Positions 28,500 to 36,696 of a DNA stretch of 64,000 nt are shown here, piece after piece. The DNA is from Patescibacteria group bacterium. Its GTDB lineage: Bacteria; Patescibacteriota; Saccharimonadia; CAILAD01; BJGX01. The stretch's first letter is position 1, and every line of letters begins with the position of its first letter. The stretch is taken from NCBI GenBank assembly GCA_026397045.1, contig JAPLVO010000008.1, positions 20,850 through 84,849 on the forward strand, in the 5' to 3' direction. Both the position numbers and the translations under genes were made by a program. Below the pieces are notes generated by a model that was not told the DNA's origin, made no database searches, and saw only the letters and a list, made by a program, of their open reading frames with translations.

Positions 28500-29030
28500 T
28501 TAATCTCCTGTTAAAATTGCTTGCCCTGGCTCCCAATCTATTGGACATAGGCCGCCAGTTTGCAGGGCCTGAACTACTCGCATTGTCTCGTCGACGCTAC
28601 GCCCGACATTACTATCTGAGAGTACCGCATACCTTAGCTTACCATCAGGGTCGATGATGAATGTACCTCTTTCGGATTCGCCATCTGCTTCATTTAGTAC
28701 TTCATAGGCAGTAGAGAGCTGGTGATTGGTATCGGCAAGGATAGGGAAATCGACATCTTTGAGGTCTCTCTCAAACCATGCTTTATGCGAATTAATACTA
28801 TCTGTACTCGCTGCTAAAATATAGGCATTGATCTTTTTAAATTCGGCACTCTTCTTGGCGAAACCCTCTATTTCTGTCGGGCAGACAAAGGTGAAGTCTC
28901 TGGGATAGAAAAATAGTACTACCCATTTACCTTTGTAGTCTTTCAGACTGATATCCTTGAAGTCTCCTTTGATGCCCTTCTGAAAGGCAGGCTGCTTAAA
29001 ATCTGGGGCTGGTTGGTTTAGTCTCAACAT
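28500..29030 (-). CDS. peroxiredoxin (AhpC/TSA family)
   Basis: Peroxidatic FTFVCPTEI motif. Confidence 0.85.
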   Translation of the reverse strand: MLRLNQPAPDFKQPAFQKGIKGDFKDISLKDYKGKWVVLFFYPRDFTFVCPTEIEGFAKKSAEFKKINAYILAASTDSINSHKAWFERDLKDVDFPILADTNHQLSTAYEVLNEADGESERGTFIIDPDGKLRYAVLSDSNVGRSVDETMRVVQALQTGGLCPIDWEPGQAILTGD

Positions 29031-29171
29031 TATTTTCTCCTTTAACTGATGATTAATTTAATATTTCCATTGCGACATCATAAGTGCCATTATTGTCTTA
29101 AATTACGATTAATAAAACTAATTACTTGTGTATGGGTTGTGTTTATATTGTACTACAGTAAGGACTTAAGC

Positions 29172-29654
29172 TCAAAATATATATATATTCGCTGGCCCGA
29201 TCTTTTGATCGATCTTCTTGCTTTCAAAGCTAAAGGCGTATGATATCACCACTGTTCCTGGTTTAAGTTCATTTTTGAACTTTTCATTTAAACGATGCAT
29301 ATAGGGGGCAGCCGAAAATATAAATACAACATCGGCCTTGGATAAATCAGCCTTCCAGTAATCGGTAATAACCACTTTCGCCTTTGGGTATTCACGCAAT
29401 CGGTATTTAGAGACCAGTGCAAGTACGGGATTGAGCTCATATCCAATGGCCTTATAACCGTGCTTGCTAGCCGACATTAGTACTCGTCCATCTCCACTGC
29501 CTAGGTCTACCACGGTGGACCCTTTTCTAATTTTAAGTACGGAGAATATGCCCTCTATAGCCTGATTATCTGTCGGAACAAAGGGGGCTCCGATAAACAC
29601 AATCATACCAAACGAAACAAATAGCAGTATAAGGAGTATCCAGATAATAATCAT
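29172..29654 (-). CDS. class I SAM-dependent methyltransferase with N-terminal TM segment
   Basis: VVDLGSGDGRVLM glycine-rich motif I. Confidence 0.55.
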   Translation of the reverse strand: MIIIWILLILLFVSFGMIVFIGAPFVPTDNQAIEGIFSVLKIRKGSTVVDLGSGDGRVLMSASKHGYKAIGYELNPVLALVSKYRLREYPKAKVVITDYWKADLSKADVVFIFSAAPYMHRLNEKFKNELKPGTVVISYAFSFESKKIDQKIGPANIYIF

Positions 29655-29663
29655 TACAAAATT

Positions 29664-30137
29664 CTACCCGTTTACTTTTAGCCAGCTTATCACTTCGGGT
29701 ACTGTCTTGAGTGGTTGAATTTTAGGCCACATTGCTATGATCTTTAAATCTGGGCCCAACATAACCGCAGATCGCTGAGTACCAAAGAATTTACGCCCAT
29801 ACATGCTCCGCTCCTGCCAAGCTCCATAGGCCTCTATCATTTCATGCTCAGGATCAGCCAAAATATCAAAGGGCAAATGGTGATTTTGTTTGAATTTAAA
29901 ATGGCTAGCAGCACTGTCTTTACTAACCCCAACCACATCTACCCCTAAGGCCTGTAGTTCTTCAAAATGATCTCGCAGCGAACAGGATTGCGCCGTGCAG
30001 CCTGGAGTTTCGTCCTTTGGATAAAAATAAATCAAAGTCGTCTTACCCTTCAAGCTATCTAGGGTATGAGTCTTGCCATCCTGGTCTTGGATATTAAATA
30101 CTGGTGCCTTATCGCCTACCTTAAGTTCCATCTGCAC
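29664..30137 (-). CDS. bcp: thiol peroxidase Bcp (atypical peroxiredoxin)
   Basis: PGCTAQSC active site. Confidence 0.8.
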   Translation of the reverse strand: MQMELKVGDKAPVFNIQDQDGKTHTLDSLKGKTTLIYFYPKDETPGCTAQSCSLRDHFEELQALGVDVVGVSKDSAASHFKFKQNHHLPFDILADPEHEMIEAYGAWQERSMYGRKFFGTQRSAVMLGPDLKIIAMWPKIQPLKTVPEVISWLKVNG

Positions 30138-30158
30138 TCCTTTATAATTAAAATGCCG

Positions 30159-30881
30159 TTACTGTTTAGGCCTGAGGTACTGGTCCCAGTAATGAAACAA
30201 CTTTGCAGTTGCGAATAGGTCCTCGGCATTGTATTTAGCAATCTCAATATTTTTACCTTCTAAATAGGCTGGCCCTACATCACTTCCGTCCATCCCAGAT
30301 TCTTTAGGGCTCTTGATGCCAAATGCCCGGCACCATCGGTGCAGGCTGCCTTTGAACATGGCGCCACCATAAAAAGTCAGTAGATCAAATAAATCGTGAT
30401 GGGTAGCCCCCCTGAGGCCCTTAGAGTTGTATCTATTACTTACGAGGTCCTTGCTTGGCCTGATGCCGTGTACAGCAGAGCGAACCATCATATATGGCAC
30501 ATCTGCGCGACGCCCAAAAAAGCTAATAAACTCATCGGTGATTTCTGCTAGCCCCCAAAATTTAGTAAGCATCTCGGCTTCATCCATTGCGACATATTTA
30601 ATTCCGTTTTCTTCTACATCATCGGCTTTCTTGCCTGCATTGTCATAATATACAGCGCCCTTCTCTTCATCAATATCATATACCCCAATAGCCACTATTT
30701 TACCCGTGAGAGGGCTAAATACTAGGTTTTGCTTAAGGTCTTTAAGTGCCCGTTCGTAGCCGTCAGGGTCTTTTTTGGGATCAGGCAATTTTTTGCTAAG
30801 GTCTTTTTTGGTGGCATCGTCGAACTTATCGAAATCCTCACCAACCATCTCTATGTCAAATACTAATCTTTTTTTATTCAT
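30159..30881 (-). CDS. RNase H-like 3'-5' exonuclease (PolB-exonuclease-like DEDDy)
   Basis: LVFDIEM ... YNAEDLFATAKLF (Y-x3-D). The start at 30881 is chosen to avoid overlapping the helicase. Confidence 0.45.
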   Translation of the reverse strand: MNKKRLVFDIEMVGEDFDKFDDATKKDLSKKLPDPKKDPDGYERALKDLKQNLVFSPLTGKIVAIGVYDIDEEKGAVYYDNAGKKADDVEENGIKYVAMDEAEMLTKFWGLAEITDEFISFFGRRADVPYMMVRSAVHGIRPSKDLVSNRYNSKGLRGATHHDLFDLLTFYGGAMFKGSLHRWCRAFGIKSPKESGMDGSDVGPAYLEGKNIEIAKYNAEDLFATAKLFHYWDQYLRPKQ

Positions 30882-30897
30882 TTTTGTATTATAACAG

Positions 30898-30935
30898 AAA
30901 CAAACACCTGACAGTAATTGCTCAGGTGTTTGTTT
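30898..30935 (-). terminator. 14-bp perfect inverted repeat between the helicase stop and the exonuclease start
   Basis: AAACAAACACCTGA-(10 nt)-TCAGGTGTTTGTTT. Only about 14 nt separate it from the next ATG. Confidence 0.45.
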
Positions 30936-30972
30936 ATAAAATGTTGCTTCGCCCAATTGGACGACTCGATAG

Positions 30973-32190
30973 TTAACCAGCGATGAAGGTAAGCGCCTTA
31001 CCGGTCTTGCCAGCTCGTCCAGTTCGGCCAATTCGGTGTATGTAGTCCTCATAGTTATTAGGCTGATCGAAGTTAATAACATGACTAACATTAGGTATAT
31101 CTAGGCCACGGGCTGCTACATCGGTAGCTACTAATATACCTACCTTGCCGTCCTTAAAGGCGCGCAGTGCGCGCTGGCGCTGAGGCTGGGATTTGTTGCC
31201 ATGAATAGCTTCTGCTGGCAATCCTGCCCTAGTTAAGCTATCAGCAAGCTTTTGGACCCCAAATTTAGTCTCGCCGAATACTAGCACCTTCTCGAAATCC
31301 TCGGAACTAAGTAGGTCATTGAGTATTTGTATTTTTGCTTCCTTAGAGCCAGCCCTAACTACATCTTGCTCGATGTGCTCGCTAGTTTCACGAGTACGAA
31401 CTGATATTGTAACTGGGTCTTTAAGCATTGAATCTAGCAAAAACTGAATTTGCGGAGTAATAGTAGCGCTAAAACATAGCGATTGGCGCTCGCTAGGTAG
31501 CTCGGCCAAGATTTCTTTGATGTCTGGCAAAAATCCCATATCTAGCATTCTGTCGGCCTCATCAAGTACCAAAGTGGTTACAAATTGCAGCTTCAGCTCG
31601 CGTTTTTGCATGAGATCTTTTAGCCGGCCTGGTGTGCCGATAATAAACTGCGGGCGACGACGCAAGTCGCGGATTTGCTTCTGCATGTTAACACCGCCAA
31701 CGCATATTGCCGAGTAAAGATTAAGATTTGTAGCGAACGATTTGAACTCTTCATCGATTTGCATCGCTAGCTCTCGGGTCGGTGCCATAATAAGCACGGC
31801 CTTTTGGCCAGGATTAGTTTTGATCCTATTAATAATCGGTAGCACGAAAGCAGCAGTTTTGCCGGTACCAGTATTGGCTAGGCCAATTACATCTCGACCT
31901 TCAAGGATTGGCTTAATAGCTCCATCTTGAATAGCTGTTGGGTACTCGTGGCCTTTTTTGGTGATATTGGCCTGCAAATCGGCTACAAAACCGAAGTCGC
32001 TAAATTTGTGAACTGGCACAAACTCAACCCTGTCGATTTTTTCGACTGCTTTATTGATATATTTAGTGGGGTCAATGTAAGCCTTACCCCGGTTGTTTCT
32101 GCGGTTGTTGCCTCGGCTATTTGAGCCAAAGGACCGCGATTGGTTACCGCCTCGTTTAGAACGAGAAGCGGAAAAAGATCTGTATGCCAT
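30973..32190 (-). CDS. DEAD-box ATP-dependent RNA helicase with RG/RN-rich N-terminal tail
   Basis: Q motif, Walker A GTGKT, DEAD (VLDEADRMLDMGF), SAT and HRIGRTGR motifs. Confidence 0.9.
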   Translation of the reverse strand: MAYRSFSASRSKRGGNQSRSFGSNSRGNNRRNNRGKAYIDPTKYINKAVEKIDRVEFVPVHKFSDFGFVADLQANITKKGHEYPTAIQDGAIKPILEGRDVIGLANTGTGKTAAFVLPIINRIKTNPGQKAVLIMAPTRELAMQIDEEFKSFATNLNLYSAICVGGVNMQKQIRDLRRRPQFIIGTPGRLKDLMQKRELKLQFVTTLVLDEADRMLDMGFLPDIKEILAELPSERQSLCFSATITPQIQFLLDSMLKDPVTISVRTRETSEHIEQDVVRAGSKEAKIQILNDLLSSEDFEKVLVFGETKFGVQKLADSLTRAGLPAEAIHGNKSQPQRQRALRAFKDGKVGILVATDVAARGLDIPNVSHVINFDQPNNYEDYIHRIGRTGRAGKTGKALTFIAG

Positions 32191-32400
32191 TAAATACCTT
32201 TCTGTTCAATGGATGAACAGCGAAGTAATAGTTAGAACTATATCGGTATTCATCATTATCTTTAATTGGTGATACAATAATAACATAAGTTATATATGGT
32301 GTCAATTATATTATTTTGCTAAGCGTAATCAGCTACAAGCCTTAGCAATTGAAATATATAGCATTTTTTGCTATGCTTATCAGGTTAGCAGGGCTAACAA

Positions 32401-32475
32401 TGGGGCGTCGCCAAGTGGTAAGGCAACGGTTTTTGGTACCGTCATACGCAGGTTCGAACCCTGCCGCCCCAGCCA
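32401..32475 (+). tRNA. tRNA-Gln (anticodon UUG)
   Basis: Cloverleaf folded by hand: acceptor UGGGGCG/CGCCCCA with the U1-A72 pair typical of tRNA-Gln, anticodon loop UUUUGGU, T-arm GCAGG-TTCGAAC-CCTGC, 3' CCA encoded. Close match to E. coli tRNA-Gln. Confidence 0.9.
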
Positions 32476-32554
32476 TCCAAAGAGCCGGTACATTAGTGCC
32501 GGTTTTTTGGATAGTTTTGTGGGCAGGGTGAGAAGCCTATCCGCTTCTGGCGGA

Positions 32555-32573
32555 AACCCTGCCGCCCCAGCCA
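32555..32573 (+). repeat. exact 19-nt direct repeat of the tRNA-Gln 3' end (AACCCTGCCGCCCCAGCCA)
   Basis: Identical to 32457-32475, 98 bp downstream. Resembles an att-site footprint of tRNA-targeted integration. Confidence 0.5.
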
Positions 32574-32589
32574 ATAGTACTTATGATTA

Positions 32590-33723
32590 TTATTCTAGAT
32601 ACCCGCCTGTTCCTTTGTTTATTTTTGAATAAATCTGTTTATATATTATGTTTGCTTCAGAGTGAGTTAGTGACTTTTCTAAATGACGAAGCGTAATGCG
32701 TACAAGCACATTCTTTTGATTAGGGTTAATGCCTAAGCGACTTCTAGCCTTATCGGGCAATACTTCGTAGCTCGTTTCGCTTAAAATCTCTACACTCTCA
32801 AGGGAATCAAGTTTATTTCCAAGTGCATCGCGAATATCAGAGCTAATATCTTCTTCAACATAACCACTCGGTACACTATAAGATATATCTCGTACAATAG
32901 CGGGCTGATTTGATACCGCCCTGTAAGGTTCAAGATTACCCATTTGTTCAGCAATCTTAGGGTTGCTAGATCGTAGATAACGAACATCCGAAATGCCTTT
33001 AAGGGTCATAACCAAACGATCTAGGCCCATACCCAATGCCCAGCCAGAGTATTCACTTGGGTCAAGACCCGCATTTGTTAAGATTTTTTCTTTTATCAAT
33101 CCACATTCCAGGATCTCAATATCATGATCACTTTGTACCGCGTTTACTTCGATACCTTCGTTCGTATAAGGATGTGGTGAATCTACAATACGCAACTTCC
33201 AGCCTGGTGCAGCAGTTTTCGCCACGCCCTTTACGACGATAACTAGATCGTCCTTTACAATTGTTTTGCGGGCAGAGTTTTTTACAATTCTCCACATTTC
33301 AAGCATGTGGACTTCACTTACGTGTTTTTTATCAGACACATCACGCCTATAGGCTAATCCTGGTAGCAGTATAACGACATCATCCCAATCATCTCGCCTT
33401 GCAAGCTCTCTTAAGATACCTGGCAGGTGTGCACTGGTGTGGGTACGAAGTATATGTGAATTATCGACATAATGTGTGTAAGTTGAGGAACGGCTTATAT
33501 TGTCGCCAGAAATTAAGAGATTGTCGTAATTGTCTTCTACAGTGACCACAGGGTCTTTTCGATACACTAAAACTTCACTTTGCGGGTGACTTGAACGCAT
33601 ATACTGTTCGACTTTTTCATATACCATCTTAATAGCATGGGGTTTTTGTGACTGCGTAAGGTCACTAATTGCTAGGTATTTCTTAAGTGACTCCTGGCTG
33701 ATAGGCTCAATATACATTTTCAT
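32590..33723 (-). CDS. single-chain phenylalanyl-tRNA synthetase: PheS-type catalytic core + C-terminal FDX-ACB anticodon-binding domain (FARS2-like)
   Basis: LRTHTSA, motif 2 YRRDVSDKKHVSEVHMLEMW and motif 3 GWALGMGLDRLVM. C-terminal ~95 aa resemble the FDX-ACB domain of PheT. AAGGAG RBS 7 nt upstream of the ATG at 33723. Confidence 0.65.
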   Translation of the reverse strand: MKMYIEPISQESLKKYLAISDLTQSQKPHAIKMVYEKVEQYMRSSHPQSEVLVYRKDPVVTVEDNYDNLLISGDNISRSSTYTHYVDNSHILRTHTSAHLPGILRELARRDDWDDVVILLPGLAYRRDVSDKKHVSEVHMLEMWRIVKNSARKTIVKDDLVIVVKGVAKTAAPGWKLRIVDSPHPYTNEGIEVNAVQSDHDIEILECGLIKEKILTNAGLDPSEYSGWALGMGLDRLVMTLKGISDVRYLRSSNPKIAEQMGNLEPYRAVSNQPAIVRDISYSVPSGYVEEDISSDIRDALGNKLDSLESVEILSETSYEVLPDKARSRLGINPNQKNVLVRITLRHLEKSLTHSEANIIYKQIYSKINKGTGGYLE

Positions 33724-33758
33724 TTTAATACTCCTTATTATTATTTTAGTTGTTCGAG

Positions 33759-33789
33759 GCAAAATAAAAAACCTGCCTCGAGGGCAGGT
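33759..33789 (-). terminator. intrinsic terminator / attenuator hairpin immediately upstream of the PheRS RBS
   Basis: AACCTGCC-TCGAG-GGCAGGTT followed on the minus strand by TTTTTATTTT. Lies 35 nt before the PheRS start codon. Confidence 0.55.
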
Positions 33790-33812
33790 TCCAAATTATG
33801 GCAATGGGGACT

Positions 33813-33872
33813 CTATCCTCGAAACGGGTTGAGAATAAAGTTAAAAAATAAGTTGTGCGAGCACGTTTTCAT
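33813..33872 (-). CDS. candidate Phe-rich leader peptide MKTCSHNLFFNFILNPFRG (19 aa)
   Basis: Read directly: ATG at 33872, 4 Phe codons clustered as FFNF plus F, stop 23 nt before the terminator hairpin. Confidence 0.3.
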   Translation of the reverse strand: MKTCSHNLFFNFILNPFRG

Positions 33873-34019
33873 GAGGCCTACAATATCATAAATAAATATG
33901 GATTACAAGCCTTTTACGCTTATTGATATATGCTTTGGTGTATAATTAAAGCAGTTCTAACCTGGGTTACAATGCTTAGCCACCTTTAAAACAATCGACA
34001 ATAGTCGGTTTTTTTGTAT

Positions 34020-35294
34020 TTATAAATACTTATTTAGGCTATTCACATACTTAATAATACTTGCATTGCCAGATCTATTAGCGTACATCTGCATGTTGCC
34101 AATAATTTTGCGATTAGCCTTTATGTCTTCTGCAGTATCAAGCTTACCTAGTTTTTTCTGTTCTTGCGAAAACAAACCTGCGTAACATTTTTTAACTGCA
34201 TCATGCTCACCAATCTCCCCAAAAGCTTTTAGCGCAGTATAATAGTCCCCTTTAGAGAAATAATATGCACCCTTGTTGTGATATATAGAATTATTAAGTT
34301 TAGCCCGATCAAGGGAATACTGGGCGAAGTTGAGGGCTTTTTTGTATTCGTTTCCTCGCATAAAATAAATTGCACCATTGTGGCCAGCCATATGAATAAG
34401 CTTAGGCTCATCGCTTTGTTTGGCGTACTTTAGGGCCTTAGCGTAGCTAGAACTGCCACAAAAATCTACCACGACATTATTATAGGCAGCTGCCAGGTTC
34501 TTTTCGACAATGTCGCGCTGACTACTGAGTATGTAGGCAATACGGGCAGACTCTAGCAGTGACTCGGCAGAAACATCGTGGGTCTTAAAATATTGGTCGC
34601 TAACATCAAGTAGATTTATACTTACAATCTCTTCGATAGGTAATAAATTCTGGTTAGGCTTTTTGTAGTTAGCGAAAGTTCCACTGGTGGCCTCAATATC
34701 AGCGCCCTTAAAATGCAGTGCGACATGACCCGGATAAGTCTTTATTTCTAGGTCCTTAATATCATGTCTTAGCGAATAAAGGTGTATATATAATGTAACA
34801 ATTTGGTTGCAATCACCCTCCAGCATATTTTTGCCCGGATCCTTCAAGAGTTCTCCAAAAGTACAAGATTTGCGGTATTTGTAGCGCCCAGCATGCGGGG
34901 ACAAGTATGACATTATACTGCGCAGGTATTGCAGCTGCTCAGCATGCTCGGAGAGATTTTTGCTATCTATGCCAGCTGCACTAATCTCGGCCAAGACTTG
35001 ATCTACAGAATGTTTGTTTTTAGACAAATAAATCTCAAAGCTGCTGGCAATGGCCAGAGAGTTATTATAGAGCTCGCGCCTTTTTGCTTTTTTTAGGTAT
35101 TTATAGCCGCGGTATTTGAATTCACTCCAAAGATTAATACCTATAATGTTGTTTTGCAAGAACCAGTCTAGATCTTTCCTGATATCATCTTTAGTTTGGT
35201 GCTCATCTAGCTTGGCAAAAAACTTAGCCACCCTGCGCTCGCTAGGGTCAGTGTTATTACTAAATAAATAAAATATTTTTTGAAAAATGTTCAT
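34020..35294 (-). CDS. hypothetical protein with TPR/Sel1-like repeats
   Basis: C-terminal half shows an A/Y/G-rich helical-repeat pattern. No catalytic motif. Confidence 0.35.
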   Translation of the reverse strand: MNIFQKIFYLFSNNTDPSERRVAKFFAKLDEHQTKDDIRKDLDWFLQNNIIGINLWSEFKYRGYKYLKKAKRRELYNNSLAIASSFEIYLSKNKHSVDQVLAEISAAGIDSKNLSEHAEQLQYLRSIMSYLSPHAGRYKYRKSCTFGELLKDPGKNMLEGDCNQIVTLYIHLYSLRHDIKDLEIKTYPGHVALHFKGADIEATSGTFANYKKPNQNLLPIEEIVSINLLDVSDQYFKTHDVSAESLLESARIAYILSSQRDIVEKNLAAAYNNVVVDFCGSSSYAKALKYAKQSDEPKLIHMAGHNGAIYFMRGNEYKKALNFAQYSLDRAKLNNSIYHNKGAYYFSKGDYYTALKAFGEIGEHDAVKKCYAGLFSQEQKKLGKLDTAEDIKANRKIIGNMQMYANRSGNASIIKYVNSLNKYL

Positions 35295-35340
35295 GCTATA
35301 TTGTGGCGGTCTTATTCTAGCGTTAAAATCAGCGTACTAA

Positions 35341-35811
35341 CTACAGCAGCTTCTTGATATCGTCTTCCATTTTGATTGGTTCTAGATTGCTAGCAAATCG
35401 GGCTACGACATTACCTTCTCTATCAATCAAAAACTTTGTAAAGTTCCATTTTATGGCACTTAGTAAGCCGCCTTTTTGTTTTTTTAGGTATTTATACAGA
35501 GGGTCGGCATTTTTGCCGTTGACATCAATCTTTGCGAAAGTCTCAAAAGTTGTTTTATAGCGCATGGCGCAAATATTGGCTATTTCTTCGTCTGATTCTG
35601 GAGCCTGATTGGCAAATTGATTGCAGGGAAAATCTAGAATCTCTAGGCCGTCTTTGTGGTATTTTTTATATAGCTTCTCTAGGCCTTCATATTGAGGGGT
35701 AAAGCCACAGTGAGTCGCGGTGTTGACTATAAGTAGTACCTTGCCGCGGTATTTAGTCATCTCTTGCATCTTGCCATCTACTTGCTTGATCTTATAGTCA
35801 TATATACTCAA
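35341..35811 (-). CDS. glutathione peroxidase family (Cys-type)
   Basis: NTATHCGFT and FPCNQFANQ motifs. Confidence 0.85.
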   Translation of the reverse strand: MSIYDYKIKQVDGKMQEMTKYRGKVLLIVNTATHCGFTPQYEGLEKLYKKYHKDGLEILDFPCNQFANQAPESDEEIANICAMRYKTTFETFAKIDVNGKNADPLYKYLKKQKGGLLSAIKWNFTKFLIDREGNVVARFASNLEPIKMEDDIKKLL

Positions 35812-35916
35812 AATATTTAGTTCCTTGTTTACTTGTTATAGTTCTATTTTACTACACTTGGCTGTGTTTTAGATGCCTAAATACAAATGGCTTTGCTATA
35901 ATAGCAGTCATATATC

Positions 35917-36696
35917 ATGATAATTTTACTTCACTCATCTAAGACAATGAAGGCCACCAAGCTAGTAGGGCTAGAGCTATCTAAGCCGGCGCTGGCGGCT
36001 CAAGCTCAAGAGCTAGGGGTCTATTTGGCGAGCTTAAAGCTCGGAGAGATTCAGGCCGTCATGGGGGTTTCTGGCAATCTGGCTCAAGAAATCATGACCA
36101 CAGCTAGTAGCTGGCCAGCTGCTCAAGACAAGGGCTCAGCCCTGCATAGCTTTCGGGGGGATGTTTTTAGTGGCTTGCAGGTGGCAAGCTTTGATAAAAA
36201 AGATCTAGCATATGCCAACCAACACCTCAAAATAATTTCTGGCCTGTATGGCCTTTTGCGGCCGCTTGATGCCGTGTCGCCTTATCGGCTAGAGATGGGC
36301 TACAAGCTGATTCGCGAGCCCTTCACCAGCTTGTATAAGTTCTGGAGTGATACGCTAGCCAAGCTACTACCAGCAGGCCAGCCAATTGTTAATTTGACTT
36401 CTCTAGAGTATGGGCGGGCCATTGTGCCTTATCTAGACAAGAGCTTAGTCATAAGCCCGCGATTTTATACATACAACGCCAAGGCTCGTCAGTACACCAG
36501 CGTAGCCGTGCATTCTAAAATAGCCCGCGGGGCCTTTGCGCACTGGCTTATAACTAAACGCATCAATAAGGTTTCAGAGCTAACTAATTTTGATGAGATC
36601 GGCTATAGGTATGAGGCCTCGCTAAGCACCCCACTGGCGCCAGCCTTTGTGTGTCGTGATTTTATGGGCAAAGGGCTGAGTGTTAGGCTGGGTTAA
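35917..36696 (+). CDS. yaaA: peroxide stress protein YaaA (UPF0246)
   Basis: N-terminal MIILLHSSKTM. Length and pattern match the YaaA family. Confidence 0.75.
   Translation: MIILLHSSKTMKATKLVGLELSKPALAAQAQELGVYLASLKLGEIQAVMGVSGNLAQEIMTTASSWPAAQDKGSALHSFRGDVFSGLQVASFDKKDLAYANQHLKIISGLYGLLRPLDAVSPYRLEMGYKLIREPFTSLYKFWSDTLAKLLPAGQPIVNLTSLEYGRAIVPYLDKSLVISPRFYTYNAKARQYTSVAVHSKIARGAFAHWLITKRINKVSELTNFDEIGYRYEASLSTPLAPAFVCRDFMGKGLSVRLG

Noticed and set aside
29049-29243. Track ORF 29049-29243 (+, 64 aa) in the Prx-methyltransferase spacer.
   Set aside because: It overlaps the 3' end of the minus-strand methyltransferase gene and has no RBS. Likely spurious.
30884-31091. Extending the RNase H-like exonuclease ORF to 31091 as in the track.
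   Set aside because: That would overlap the DEAD-box helicase 3' end by 118 nt and run through a 14-bp terminator hairpin. The internal ATG at 30881 (MNKKRLVFDIEM) gives a sensible start.
32457-32573. Calling a complete integrated mobile element at the tRNA-Gln repeat.
   Set aside because: Only ~80 bp separate the direct repeats and no integrase or cargo is present. At most this is a scar, so it is reported as a finding rather than a mobile_element feature.
32349-32574. Track ORFs 32349-32531 (+) and 32380-32574 (-).
   Set aside because: Both lie over tRNA-Gln and its terminator, so they are reading-frame artefacts.
33790-34019. T-box riboswitch upstream of the PheRS gene.
   Set aside because: No AGGGTGGNACCGCG T-box consensus near the terminator, and only a weak AGGTGG about 200 nt upstream. 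A leader-peptide attenuator fits the sequence better.
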